Part shown: positions 38,957 to 47,948 of the stretch, piece by piece | Layout: each line of letters begins with the position of its first letter | Numbering within the stretch: the first letter of the stretch is position 1 | Source: Candidatus Eiseniibacteriota bacterium | GTDB taxonomy: Bacteria; Eisenbacteria; RBG-16-71-46 | NCBI GenBank assembly: GCA_963776245.1 | Contig: CAVZLN010000003.1 | Location: forward strand, 384,001 to 448,000 | Direction of reading: 5' to 3' | DNA: 64,000 nucleotides | Position numbers and translations under genes: made by a program | Notes under the pieces: generated by a model | The model's database searches: none | Told to the model about the DNA's origin: nothing | What the model saw: the letters and a program-made list of their open reading frames with translations, nothing else

Positions 38957-39373
38957 TCAACGGGAATCCCGGCTGCGACCATAGTCCGATCCGATCTCGA
39001 CCCCTTCGGACCCAGACTCGAGCATCGTACAGCGGCCGGAAAAGAAGACCCCCGGCTCCATGGCCACGCACATGGCGGCGACATCGCCTTCGACGCGCGC
39101 GCCCGCCTTCATCTCGATGGTCCCCAGAGCGCGCATGTTCCCGATCACCCGACCGCGCACCGTCGCGTCGCGCAGCTCGACGTCCGCCCGCATGACGCCG
39201 TGCTCTCCGATCTCGAGCCGCTCGCAGTTGAGGATGTCCCCTTCGAACTCCCCTTCGATCCGCAGCGTCCCTGAGACCATCAGTGTGCCACGAAAACTCG
39301 AGCCGACGCCGATGACGGTGTTCGGCGGCGACGGCTCGTCCGGATGTGCGGCGCGCCCGCGGAACTTGAGCAT
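38957..39373 (-). CDS. bactofilin (polymer-forming cytoskeletal protein)
   Basis: TVIG.GSSFRG.L...G.LRIEG.FEGDI...LEIG..G, V.G.V.GN, A.VEGDV, G.FFSGRC.M; ATG overlaps parB stop. Confidence 0.92.
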   Translation of the reverse strand: MLKFRGRAAHPDEPSPPNTVIGVGSSFRGTLMVSGTLRIEGEFEGDILNCERLEIGEHGVMRADVELRDATVRGRVIGNMRALGTIEMKAGARVEGDVAAMCVAMEPGVFFSGRCTMLESGSEGVEIGSDYGRSRDSR

Positions 39374-40230
39374 CAGAGTACGCCCCAGGCCTCGAGCAGG
39401 CGTTCGAGGTCCTCCTGGCCGTAGTATTCGAACTCCACCTTGCCGCCCTTCCGCGCCGCGCTGATCCCGACGTGGGTGCCAAACCGCTGTTGAAGCTTGA
39501 CCTCCCATTCGCGGAGCCCGTCCACCTTCTGCGCCTTGGGTCGCGCGTGCTGCTTGCGAAGCCGTCTGCGGACGTACGCTTCGGTGCGGCGCACCGAGAA
39601 GCCCTTCGCGGTCACGTACCGTGCAGCTCCCAACTGGTCCGCGCCCGAAGCGAGCGCGAGGAGCGCGCGAGCATGCCCGGCGGACATGGTTCCACGTGAA
39701 ACCATGTCCATGACCTCAACCGGAAGCGCGAGGAGCCGGAGGGAGTTGGTCACGGAAGAGCGCTGCTTTCCCACCCGGTCCGAGACCTGGTCGTGAGTGA
39801 GCCCGACACTTTCAACCAGAGACTGGAAGGCCCTGGCTTCGTCGATCGGGTTCAAGTCCTCCCGCTGGATGTTCTCGATGAGCGCCATCTCCATCATGTC
39901 CCGGTCGCCAAGTTCGCGCACGATGGCGGGGATCCGCCCGAGTCCAGCCATCCTGGCCGCGCGCAATCGCCGTTCCCCGGCGACCATCTGGTAATCGCCG
40001 GCGATGCCCTTGCGCACCACGACCGGCTGCAGGACCCCGCTTACCTTGATGGACGCCGCGAGTTCCTTGATGGCGTCGTCGTCGAACCGGGTGCGTGGCT
40101 GAAATGGGTTCGGCGCGATGTCATCGACCGACAGCTCGCGGAGCCCGTCGGGGCCCGCCTCCGCCATGGCGGTCGCGCTCGCTCCAGGGATGAGAGCTTC
40201 GAGTCCTCTGCCGAGGGCCTTCCTATGCAT
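39373..40230 (-). CDS. parB: chromosome partitioning CTPase ParB
   Basis: ALGRGLEALI, PNPFQPR, GVLQPVVVR, AGERRLRAA, ALIENIQREDLNPIDEA, GHARALL. Confidence 0.97.
   Translation of the reverse strand: MHRKALGRGLEALIPGASATAMAEAGPDGLRELSVDDIAPNPFQPRTRFDDDAIKELAASIKVSGVLQPVVVRKGIAGDYQMVAGERRLRAARMAGLGRIPAIVRELGDRDMMEMALIENIQREDLNPIDEARAFQSLVESVGLTHDQVSDRVGKQRSSVTNSLRLLALPVEVMDMVSRGTMSAGHARALLALASGADQLGAARYVTAKGFSVRRTEAYVRRRLRKQHARPKAQKVDGLREWEVKLQQRFGTHVGISAARKGGKVEFEYYGQEDLERLLEAWGVL
39688..39703. promoter_or_regulatory. parS site inside parB
   Basis: GGTTCCACGTGAAACC vs consensus TGTTNCACGTGAAACA; part of a 28-bp palindrome 39682-39709. Confidence 0.8.
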
Positions 40231-40984
40231 GGTCCATTACCTCCCGCGCCAGCTCCCGGTACGCGTCGGCGCCCGAGCTGTGTGGATCGTAGAGCACGAT
40301 CGGCTTGCCGAATGACGGCGCCTCGCTGAGTCTCACATTCCTCGGAATGACACTTCGATAGACGCGTTCCGCGAAGAACTTCCTGGCTTCGTCCGCGACC
40401 TGCTGAGACAGGTTCAACCGCGAGTCGAACATGGTGAGCAGCACCCCTTCGATCCGCAGCGACGGGTTGAGATGATCCTGGACCAGCCGGATGGCACCGA
40501 TGAGCTGCGTGAGTCCCTCGAGCGCAAGATACTCGCATTGGAGCGGGATGAGCACGGAGTCGGACGCGGTGAGCGAGTTCACCGTCAGCAGCCCGACGGA
40601 TGGCGGGCTGTCGATGAACACGTAGTCGTACTCGTCCCGGAGCGTCCCGATGCAGCTCCTCAGGCGCGCCTCGCGAGCCATCATGCCGACCAGCTCCACC
40701 TCGGCTCCCGCCAGCCGCTGTCCGGCCGGAACGAGGTCGAGATTCGCGAGGGCCGTCGGGACGACGGCCTCCCTGATGTCGACCTGACCGAGCAGCGCCT
40801 CGTAGATCGAATGGCGCTGATCGTTGCCGTTGATCCCCAGACCGCTCGAGCAGTTTCCCTGCGGGTCGATGTCGATCAGCAGGACGCGACGGCTCTCCTG
40901 GGCAAGGCACGCCCCCAGGTTGATGGCCGTGGTGGTCTTGCCAACGCCGCCCTTTTGGCTGGCGATCGAGATGACGCGTCCCAT
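40223..40984 (-). CDS. parA: chromosome partitioning ATPase ParA/Soj
   Basis: QKGGVGKTTT, DIDPQGN, IDSPPS, IPLQCEYLALEG, IPRNVRLSEAPSFG. Confidence 0.97.
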   Translation of the reverse strand: MGRVISIASQKGGVGKTTTAINLGACLAQESRRVLLIDIDPQGNCSSGLGINGNDQRHSIYEALLGQVDIREAVVPTALANLDLVPAGQRLAGAEVELVGMMAREARLRSCIGTLRDEYDYVFIDSPPSVGLLTVNSLTASDSVLIPLQCEYLALEGLTQLIGAIRLVQDHLNPSLRIEGVLLTMFDSRLNLSQQVADEARKFFAERVYRSVIPRNVRLSEAPSFGKPIVLYDPHSSGADAYRELAREVMDHA

Positions 40985-41102
40985 TCCCTGTCCGCGTGAG
41001 GGCAGCGGGCTGCCCTACTTGTGTGAGGTGAGGAGGTGATGAGGCGAGCGGCGGTGTTCCTGTCGGGAAGATAGCAACCGAGGGCCGCACGGACAAGGGC
41101 GA

Positions 41103-41118
41103 TGTTCCACGTGGAACG
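41103..41118. promoter_or_regulatory. parS site upstream of parA
   Basis: TGTTCCACGTGGAACG, near-perfect palindrome matching the parS consensus. Confidence 0.85.
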
Positions 41119-41143
41119 CGCCGGTCATATCAATGCATCATGT

Positions 41144-42559
41144 TCAAAGTCTTTTGAATCGGACCACGGCTACCTGTCCGTCACCGATCTCCATCGAGCC
41201 CTCGTGGCTCCACCAGTCTCTCCAGGCCTGATCGGCTCGCATCTCCTCGACGTGGCGGCTGCCCTTCCAGAGGTATGCCGATCCTCCGCTCACCACGAGT
41301 TCGGCAGCCATCGCCAGCGTGGGTGCGAGCGGCAGCGTGGCGCGGGACGTGAATCCATCGAAGCGGCGAACGCCACCCCCAGTCGCGAGCATCGTCTCGA
41401 GGCGCTCGTTCACCACTTCGAAGTCGCGCAATTCCATGTCCTGGGCGACCCGGCGGAGGAAAAGCGTCTTGGTGCGGCGAGACTCCACCAGGGTCCACGT
41501 CTCTCCGACCCCGGCGAACTTCAGCGGGATCGCCGGGAGTCCTCCACCCGAGCCGAAGTCCAGCCAGTTCCGCGCGCCCGAGGACTTGAGCCAACGCGCG
41601 GGAGCGACCGATTCGGCCAGATGGCGGGACACCAACCGATTCTCGTCATTCTTGGATATCAGATTGGAGAAACTGCGGTTCCAGCTGATGAGCATGGCCG
41701 AGAAGCGCTTCAGCCTTGCGAGTGAGCCCTCGGGGTCAGCTCCGACCTGCTCGAGCAGCTGGCGGAGGGTGTCCCAATCCTGTCGGTCGAGCGTGCCCGA
41801 AGGGTCCCATGCCTTGAGCGGATCGGCGCCTCGCTCGACCTCCCCGGCCAGCAGCTGACGCTCGTCCTCGGGCGGCCCCGAACGCTTGCGTGTCGGGCGT
41901 TGCTGGCGCTTTGTCCGGTCGGGCCGCGCCGTCGGGCGCGACAGCGGCCGGGAGGCCTGCGCGCCGGACGTCCGGCCGCGAGCGCCGCCTCTCGGCTTCG
42001 ATGGAGCAGGCCGATCGGCGCGGGGACCGTCACTCCGCCGCGGCGACGAGGTCGGCTGGCCCGAGCGCGCGCGTCTTCCGCCGCGAGCGGTCCCCTCGGG
42101 GCGATAGCCAGCGCCGCTCGAGGCCGCACGATCGGATTCGTACCTGCGCCGCGAAGTCGGCGCGGCATTCCGAACGGGCCGTCCGGCGGTCCCGCGCGGG
42201 GAAGATGATGGGCGGGAGCCCGACCTGTAAGCTCCTCCGCGCGCAGCAAATGACGCCGATCGATCCGGTCTGGGGACCGCCTCGCGTGACGACCTGGGTG
42301 CGGAACGATCGGATCGGGAGCGGTCCCCGGTCCGCGTCTCGATGGACGGCTTGGCCAAGCGTCCCGTGCCGGCGCGCGGCGACGACCTGGCTCGTCCCGA
42401 CCGATACGAACCACCTCGCTGCGACTCGGTCTCCGAACGATCGCGCCGGACGGCGCCCGCGCGCGGGGACGACGCGGCGCGCCCGGACCTGGAGGATGGC
42501 CGGCGCGAGGCTGGGCCAGCATTGCGCGAAGATGGGCGGGGTCGATTCGCTCGGGTCAT
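41144..42559 (-). CDS. rsmG: 16S rRNA m7G527 methyltransferase RsmG with ~230-aa Arg/Ser/Pro-rich N-terminal extension
   Basis: WN..NLIS, RHL.ES, LDFGSGGGLP.IPL, LVESRR.K..FL, TSRA, KG; lies between mnmG and parA; start uncertain. Confidence 0.9.
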   Translation of the reverse strand: MTRANRPRPSSRNAGPASRRPSSRSGRAASSPRAGAVRRDRSETESQRGGSYRSGRARSSPRAGTGRLAKPSIETRTGDRSRSDRSAPRSSREAVPRPDRSASFAARGGAYRSGSRPSSSPRGTAGRPVRNAAPTSRRRYESDRAASSGAGYRPEGTARGGRRARSGQPTSSPRRSDGPRADRPAPSKPRGGARGRTSGAQASRPLSRPTARPDRTKRQQRPTRKRSGPPEDERQLLAGEVERGADPLKAWDPSGTLDRQDWDTLRQLLEQVGADPEGSLARLKRFSAMLISWNRSFSNLISKNDENRLVSRHLAESVAPARWLKSSGARNWLDFGSGGGLPAIPLKFAGVGETWTLVESRRTKTLFLRRVAQDMELRDFEVVNERLETMLATGGGVRRFDGFTSRATLPLAPTLAMAAELVVSGGSAYLWKGSRHVEEMRADQAWRDWWSHEGSMEIGDGQVAVVRFKRL

Positions 42560-42708
42560 GGAGCGGCACTCTAGCACAGGCCGCCGGGCCGGCCTTCGCG
42601 GCCTCTCGCGCAGCATCGCCTCTCGACACGAACCCGGTTCGCGTGTCCCCACCGGCGGGGCCGCGGCGGGGACCGGCATGCTCGGTGCCGGCGCGGGTTG
42701 ACGCCCTC

Positions 42709-44616
42709 TCAGCCGGGTCGCGCCGCCAGGCGCCGGGTGTGGACCATGAGCACCGCGATGTCCGCGGGCGATACCCCGGCGATGCGGGCGGCCTGCCCCG
42801 CGGTCGCGGGCCGCCAGCGCCGCAGCTTCTCGCGCGCTTCATGGGAGAGCCCGTTCATCTCGCTGGCCCACAAGGCCTCGGGCAGTTCCATCGCCTCGAG
42901 CGGCGCGGCGCGCCCGGCCGCGCTCTGCTCTCGCTCGATGTAGCCACGGTAGCGCGTTCGCACCTCGAGGCACTCCCCCCACGCCACCGGCAGCGCCGTG
43001 TCCACTCCCATCCCCGCGAGCGACGCGTAGGTCGCGCCCGGTCGCGCCAGGTGATCGAGCGCGCTCGTCACCGGAAGCGACGCCTCGGGCACCCGCACCG
43101 TCACGCGGGCCAGTCGCTGCTCCTCGGCTGCGAGCGCCGCCGTCTTGGCGCGCACCTGTTCGACCTGGGAGCGGTCGAGCAGACCGAGCGCGAAGCCGGT
43201 CTCCGCCAGTCTCTCGTCGGCGTTGTCCGCGCGCAGCAGCAGGCGGTGCTCGGCCGCGGAGGTGAACATCCGGTAGGGCTCGCGATGTTCGCGCGTGACC
43301 AGGTCGTCCACCAGCACGCCGATGTACGCCTGGTCGCGGCGCAGCACGAACGGCGGCTCACCCCGCACCCGCCGGGCCGCGTTCACGCCCGCCACGAAGC
43401 CCTGGGCGGCGGCCTCCTCGTAGCCCGAGGTGCCGCAGATCTGCCCGGCCAGGTAGAGGCCCGGGAGGTGCTTCACCTCGAGCGTCGGCCGGAGCTGGTG
43501 GGGGAGCACGAAGTCGTATTCCACGGCATATCCGGGCCGCATCATCTCGGCGTGTTCGAGCCCGGGCACGGTGCGCACGAATTCGAGCTGCACCTCTTCG
43601 GGGAGGCTGGTGGAGAGCCCGTTCACGTAGAACTCGGGCACGTCGCGCCCCTCGGGTTCGACGAAGATCGGGTGCGAGTCCTTCCCCGGGAACCGCACCA
43701 CCTTGTCCTCGATCGACGGGCAGTAACGCGGTCCGGTGCCGCGGATGTCGCCCGAGAACAGCGGTGAGTGCCGCAGGTTCTCGCGGATGACCGCGTGGGT
43801 GCGCGCGTGGGTGCGCGCCAGCCAGCACGGCATCTGCTGGCCCGCGATGCGCTCGGTCCAGTGGGAGAGCGGACGCGGCGGGTCGTCCCCGTGCTGCGGG
43901 GTCATCGCATCGAAGTCCAGCGAGTCGCGGTGGAGGCGCGGCGGCGTGCCGGTCTTGAGCCGGCCGCGTTCGAGCCCGAGGTCCGCGAGGCACTCGCTGA
44001 GCGCGCGCGCCGCATGCTCGCCGAGCCGACCGCCTTCGAGCCGCCGCGGCCCGATGTGGATCAGCCCATTGAGGAAGGTGCCGGGGGTGATCACCAGCGC
44101 GCGGCAGCGCAACCGCCTCCCGTCGGCCAGTTCGAGCGCCGCCACCGCGCCCCGTTCCACCACCACCCGCTGCGCGAGGCCCGCGATCCGCGTCAGCCCG
44201 GGGATCGCGTCGAGCATCCGCGCCATCTCGACCGGATAGCGCGGCTTGTCGCACTGCGCGCGCGGCGACCACACCGCCGGGCCGCGACCGCGGTTCAGCA
44301 TCCTGAACTGGATGCCGGCGCGGTCGGTGACCCGAGCCATCAGGCCGCCGAGCGCATCCAGCTCCCGCACCATGTGGCCCTTGGCGATGCCCCCGATGGC
44401 CGGATTGCACGACATGCGGGCGCTGTCGTCGAGGTTCGCCGAGAGCAACGCGGTGGGGAGCCCCATCCGCGCGCAGGCCGCGGCCGCCTCGCACCCCGCG
44501 TGCCCGGCGCCCACCACCACGATGTCGAATACGCCCTCGCCGGTGGCGAGGATCGCGCCGCTCGGGAGGCCTGCCGGGACCGGTCCGCCCCGGTCGATCA
44601 TGCGCGCGTCCGTCAC
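42709..44616 (-). CDS. mnmG: tRNA uridine-5-carboxymethylaminomethyl modification enzyme
   Basis: [65 protein letters not shown]. Confidence 0.97.
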   Translation of the reverse strand: MTDARMIDRGGPVPAGLPSGAILATGEGVFDIVVVGAGHAGCEAAAACARMGLPTALLSANLDDSARMSCNPAIGGIAKGHMVRELDALGGLMARVTDRAGIQFRMLNRGRGPAVWSPRAQCDKPRYPVEMARMLDAIPGLTRIAGLAQRVVVERGAVAALELADGRRLRCRALVITPGTFLNGLIHIGPRRLEGGRLGEHAARALSECLADLGLERGRLKTGTPPRLHRDSLDFDAMTPQHGDDPPRPLSHWTERIAGQQMPCWLARTHARTHAVIRENLRHSPLFSGDIRGTGPRYCPSIEDKVVRFPGKDSHPIFVEPEGRDVPEFYVNGLSTSLPEEVQLEFVRTVPGLEHAEMMRPGYAVEYDFVLPHQLRPTLEVKHLPGLYLAGQICGTSGYEEAAAQGFVAGVNAARRVRGEPPFVLRRDQAYIGVLVDDLVTREHREPYRMFTSAAEHRLLLRADNADERLAETGFALGLLDRSQVEQVRAKTAALAAEEQRLARVTVRVPEASLPVTSALDHLARPGATYASLAGMGVDTALPVAWGECLEVRTRYRGYIEREQSAAGRAAPLEAMELPEALWASEMNGLSHEAREKLRRWRPATAGQAARIAGVSPADIAVLMVHTRRLAARPG

Positions 44617-46025
44617 TTGCCGACGCAGAAGCGCGCGAAGATGCGTTCGAGCAGATCGTCCTCGACGCAGCGTCCGGTGACCGCGCCGAGCGCGCCCAGC
44701 GCGTCCCGCACCCGTGCGGCGACGATCTCGCCCGGCGCGCCCGCGTGCGCCTCGGCGGCGGCCGCCGCGAGCGCGTCGCGCGCCTCGCCGAGGGCCTCGA
44801 GGTGGCGGGGGTTGCTCGCCGCCACGCCCACGCCGCCTTCGCCGCGGTGCACCCCCAGCAGGTCCGCGATCGCGGAGCGGAGCGCGTCGATCCCGTCACC
44901 CCGCAGCGCGCTGGCCTCGACGACGCGGTGCTCGCCGCCTTCCAGCAGAGCCACCACCTCGACCACCCCCACCACGGCCCCGCGATCGCGCTGGTTCAGC
45001 ACCGCCACCACGCGCCGGCCGGCGAGCGAGCCGGCCAGCGCGTGGTCATCCTCCGTCAGCGGCGCCGCGCCGTCGATCACCCAGACGAGGAGCCCGCTCT
45101 CCGCCAGCGCCACCCGGGAGCGCTCCACCCCGAGTGCCTCGGCCCCGTCGGCCGCGGCTCGCAGGCCGGCGGTATCGGAGAGCATCACTCGCACGCCCTC
45201 GATCTCGACCGCCTCGCTCACGCGGTCGCGCGTGGTGCCGGGCAGCGGCGTGACGATGGCTCGGTCCTCGCCGACCAGCGCGTTGAAGAGCGACGACTTC
45301 CCGACGTTCGGGCGCCCGACGATGGGCACCCGCAGTCCCGCCCGCACCGCCGCGAGTCCCCGGGAGCGCTCGAGCAACGCCGCCAGGCCGGCGGCCGCCT
45401 CCGTCAGGGTCGCGGCCGCCTGCGGCGGCACCTCGATGCCGCCGACGTCCTCGGCGAAGTCCACGCGGGCCTCGATCTCGGCGCGCACGTCCGCCAGCCG
45501 GGCTTCGAGCTCCGCCAGCGTGCGCGCGAGACCGCCGGCCACCTGGTCGAGCGCCAGCGCGCGCGCCGCCTCGGTCTCCGCGGCGATCAGGTCGGCCACC
45601 GCCTCGGCCTGGGCGAGGTCGAGCCGGCCATTCAGGAATGCCCGGAGCGTGAATTCGCCCGGCCCGGCGAGGCGCGCGCCGGCCGCCAGCAGGGCTTCGA
45701 GAACGCGCGCGGCCGGAAGCCGGCCGCCGTGGCACGACAGCTCGACCACGTCCTCGCGAGTGTACGAGCGCGGGGCACGGAACACGGCCGCCACCACTTC
45801 GTCGAGCCGTGCTTCCGGGTCCGGAGCGCCGGCATCCGCGCCCGCCACCACCCAGCCGTGGCGCAGCGTGTGGCCGGGAGCCGCGGCGAGCGCGCCGCGT
45901 CCCCGGAACACCGCGTCCGCGCAGGCGAGCGCGCGGGGGCCGCTCACGCGCACCACGGCGAGCCCGGCGGAGCCCGCCGCGGTGGCGAGGGCGGCGATGG
46001 TGTCATCGAGCGCGTAGAACCCCAT
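44613..46025 (-). CDS. mnmE: tRNA modification GTPase
   Basis: [53 protein letters not shown]-terminal FCVGK. Confidence 0.97.
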   Translation of the reverse strand: MGFYALDDTIAALATAAGSAGLAVVRVSGPRALACADAVFRGRGALAAAPGHTLRHGWVVAGADAGAPDPEARLDEVVAAVFRAPRSYTREDVVELSCHGGRLPAARVLEALLAAGARLAGPGEFTLRAFLNGRLDLAQAEAVADLIAAETEAARALALDQVAGGLARTLAELEARLADVRAEIEARVDFAEDVGGIEVPPQAAATLTEAAAGLAALLERSRGLAAVRAGLRVPIVGRPNVGKSSLFNALVGEDRAIVTPLPGTTRDRVSEAVEIEGVRVMLSDTAGLRAAADGAEALGVERSRVALAESGLLVWVIDGAAPLTEDDHALAGSLAGRRVVAVLNQRDRGAVVGVVEVVALLEGGEHRVVEASALRGDGIDALRSAIADLLGVHRGEGGVGVAASNPRHLEALGEARDALAAAAAEAHAGAPGEIVAARVRDALGALGAVTGRCVEDDLLERIFARFCVGK

Positions 46026-46042
46026 GTCCCCTCATGACGGAA

Positions 46043-46073
46043 CGGCGCCGGGCTCGGTGGGAACCCGGCGCCG
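46043..46073. terminator. GC-rich hairpin between jag and mnmE
   Basis: CGGCGCCGGG...CCCGGCGCCG inverted repeat; no clear U-tract. Confidence 0.35.
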
Positions 46074-46090
46074 GGACCGCCTTGGCCGGC

Positions 46091-47671
46091 CTAGTCCCCG
46101 TCGCGCGGGCCCTCGGGGAAATCCGCTGGGGCGACCGCCAGGCGTTTGATCAGGCCGGTGCCGAGCGCGTACGTCTTCACCCGCGCGTCGTCGCGCAGGG
46201 TCACGTGGATGATGCGGCGCTCCTGGGAGTTCAGGTACTCGCTCAGCGCCTCGGAGTTGCTGGCGAGCGCCTCCTCGGCGAGCGCGCGCGCCACCGCTTC
46301 CAGTTCGGCCTCCCGATCCTTCCAGAAGTCATTGATCTCGAGTTGGAGGTGATACTGAGAGCCCCCGCCCTTGTTGATCATGCGATTGAGGATGTGTTGG
46401 AGCGCCTGTCGCGTCTCACCCTTGCGCCCGTTGAGCATCTCCTCGTCGTCCGACACGGTGGCCACCACATCCACGTGATCGCCGGTGGCCGACGCTTCGA
46501 CCTGGGCCTCGAATCCCATGTGCTGGAGGAACTCCACGGTGATGCGACGGCCCTCGGCCGCCAGTGCTTCTTCGGACATCGTCCCCTCCGGCGCACGCTC
46601 GGTCCGGGTGGCGACCGGGGCCTGCGCTTCATGGTCCGGGTAGGAATCCTCGCGATCGTACGCCACCGGTGCGCCCGCGGTCGGGTCGGGCTCGCGAGGC
46701 GCGGTGGTCTCGAGCGCCGCGCTGGGATCCACGTCCTCGTGGGCTTCGAATGCCTCGGCACTCTCGAACGACGGTGTGCTCGCGCCGGGAATCATCACGC
46801 TCTCGCCCGGCTCGCGCTTGCGGCCCCGCCCGCCGCGACGTCCGCGGCGACGGCGCCGTTTGAGGTCCGTCTCGCCGCCGTTGTCCGGCCCCACCGCATC
46901 CGGCGTCCCCAGGAAGGGTTCGGGGGTCGGCGCCGCTTCACGAGCGGGCGCCGGCTGCGGCTCCCGTTCGGAACGCGGGCGTCGCTCCTCGCGCGGGCCC
47001 CGTGGCTCGCGCGGCTCCTGTGAAGCGCGCGGGCTGGGCGCCTCGCGGGACTCCCCGGGCTCACGGGGTGCTGCCCGATCGACGGCTTCGCGGGGCTCTC
47101 GAGCCACGCGCGGAGCACCGCCTTCGCGCTGTCCACGCGTCTCCCGCGGCCCTCGGGAGTCCCGCGGCCCGCGAGCCTCGCGTGGTCCTCGGGACTCCCG
47201 CGGCCCGGCGCCCTCACGGCCGTCACGCGGACGATCGTCATCGCGACGGCGCTCGCCGCCGTGGCGGCGCTCGTCCCCCGCCGTCGCCGGCCGCCCGCCC
47301 GGACGCGGACGCTCGTCCTCACGACGGCGTTCGCCGCCGTGGCGGCGCTCGTCGCGCCCTCCCCGGCCGCCCTCGCCCTGCGGGCGGCGCCCGTCACGGC
47401 CACCGCGTCCGCCGTCGCGCTCGGTGCCCCTGCGACCGCGGCGCCCGTCCCGCTCGCGGCCTCCGCGGTCGTCCGGTTCGCGCGGCGCGCCCCCCGGGCG
47501 CGGCTGGACACGCACCTTGAACGGCCTCGCGCCGAATCCCAGGAAACCACCCGAGCCTTCGGACAGCACGGTGATCATGGCCTCGGCGCGCGGCAGTCGG
47601 AGCGCGTCGAGGCCCTTGCGGACCGCGTCATCCAGCGTCTTGCCTTCGAAGATGGAGCCGTCAGGGCTCAT
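46091..47671 (-). CDS. jag: Jag/EloR/KhpB RNA-binding protein with long disordered linker
   Basis: Jag_N FEGKTLDDAV..GL..L, GGFLGFG; KH G.KGET.QALQ; R3H LNSQERRIIH..L; follows yidC. Confidence 0.92.
   Translation of the reverse strand: MSPDGSIFEGKTLDDAVRKGLDALRLPRAEAMITVLSEGSGGFLGFGARPFKVRVQPRPGGAPREPDDRGGRERDGRRGRRGTERDGGRGGRDGRRPQGEGGRGGRDERRHGGERRREDERPRPGGRPATAGDERRHGGERRRDDDRPRDGREGAGPRESRGPREARGPRDSRGPRETRGQREGGAPRVAREPREAVDRAAPREPGESREAPSPRASQEPREPRGPREERRPRSEREPQPAPAREAAPTPEPFLGTPDAVGPDNGGETDLKRRRRRGRRGGRGRKREPGESVMIPGASTPSFESAEAFEAHEDVDPSAALETTAPREPDPTAGAPVAYDREDSYPDHEAQAPVATRTERAPEGTMSEEALAAEGRRITVEFLQHMGFEAQVEASATGDHVDVVATVSDDEEMLNGRKGETRQALQHILNRMINKGGGSQYHLQLEINDFWKDREAELEAVARALAEEALASNSEALSEYLNSQERRIIHVTLRDDARVKTYALGTGLIKRLAVAPADFPEGPRDGD
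47225..47353. repeat. 51-bp direct repeat (period 78) within jag linker
   Basis: 47225-47275 and 47303-47353 encode DERRHGGERRR(E/D)D(E/D)RPR twice; adjacent 18-bp units (~47130-47205) encode GPRESR/GPREAR/GPRDSR/GPRETR. Confidence 0.8.
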
Positions 47672-47948
47672 GAGACTCTCCTGCGCCGCGGGGGGCGTCG
47701 CGTGCGTGCACGCGCCACGTTCCGCGGGAAGCGGTTCAGACACGGGCGGCGCGGGGCGCGGGTGGCGCGCGGGACCACGCGAAGCGTCGCGTGCGTTGAG
47801 AGGGATCCCGGCTGCCTTTCCATCGCGCGGCCACGGGCCGCGGTTCGAGACTTCCTAGGGTACTTCGCCGCGCCTTCCATGGCTACGGTCACCGTCGAGA
47901 TCGCCGCGCGGCGCCGCGGATCCTCTCCCGCGCCGCAGGTCGGGGGGA

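Noticed and set aside
41133..41147. Third LexA-like box (ATGCATCATGTTCA) near parS
   Set aside because: Half-site spacing is off by one and the left arm mismatches; it overlaps the rsmG stop.
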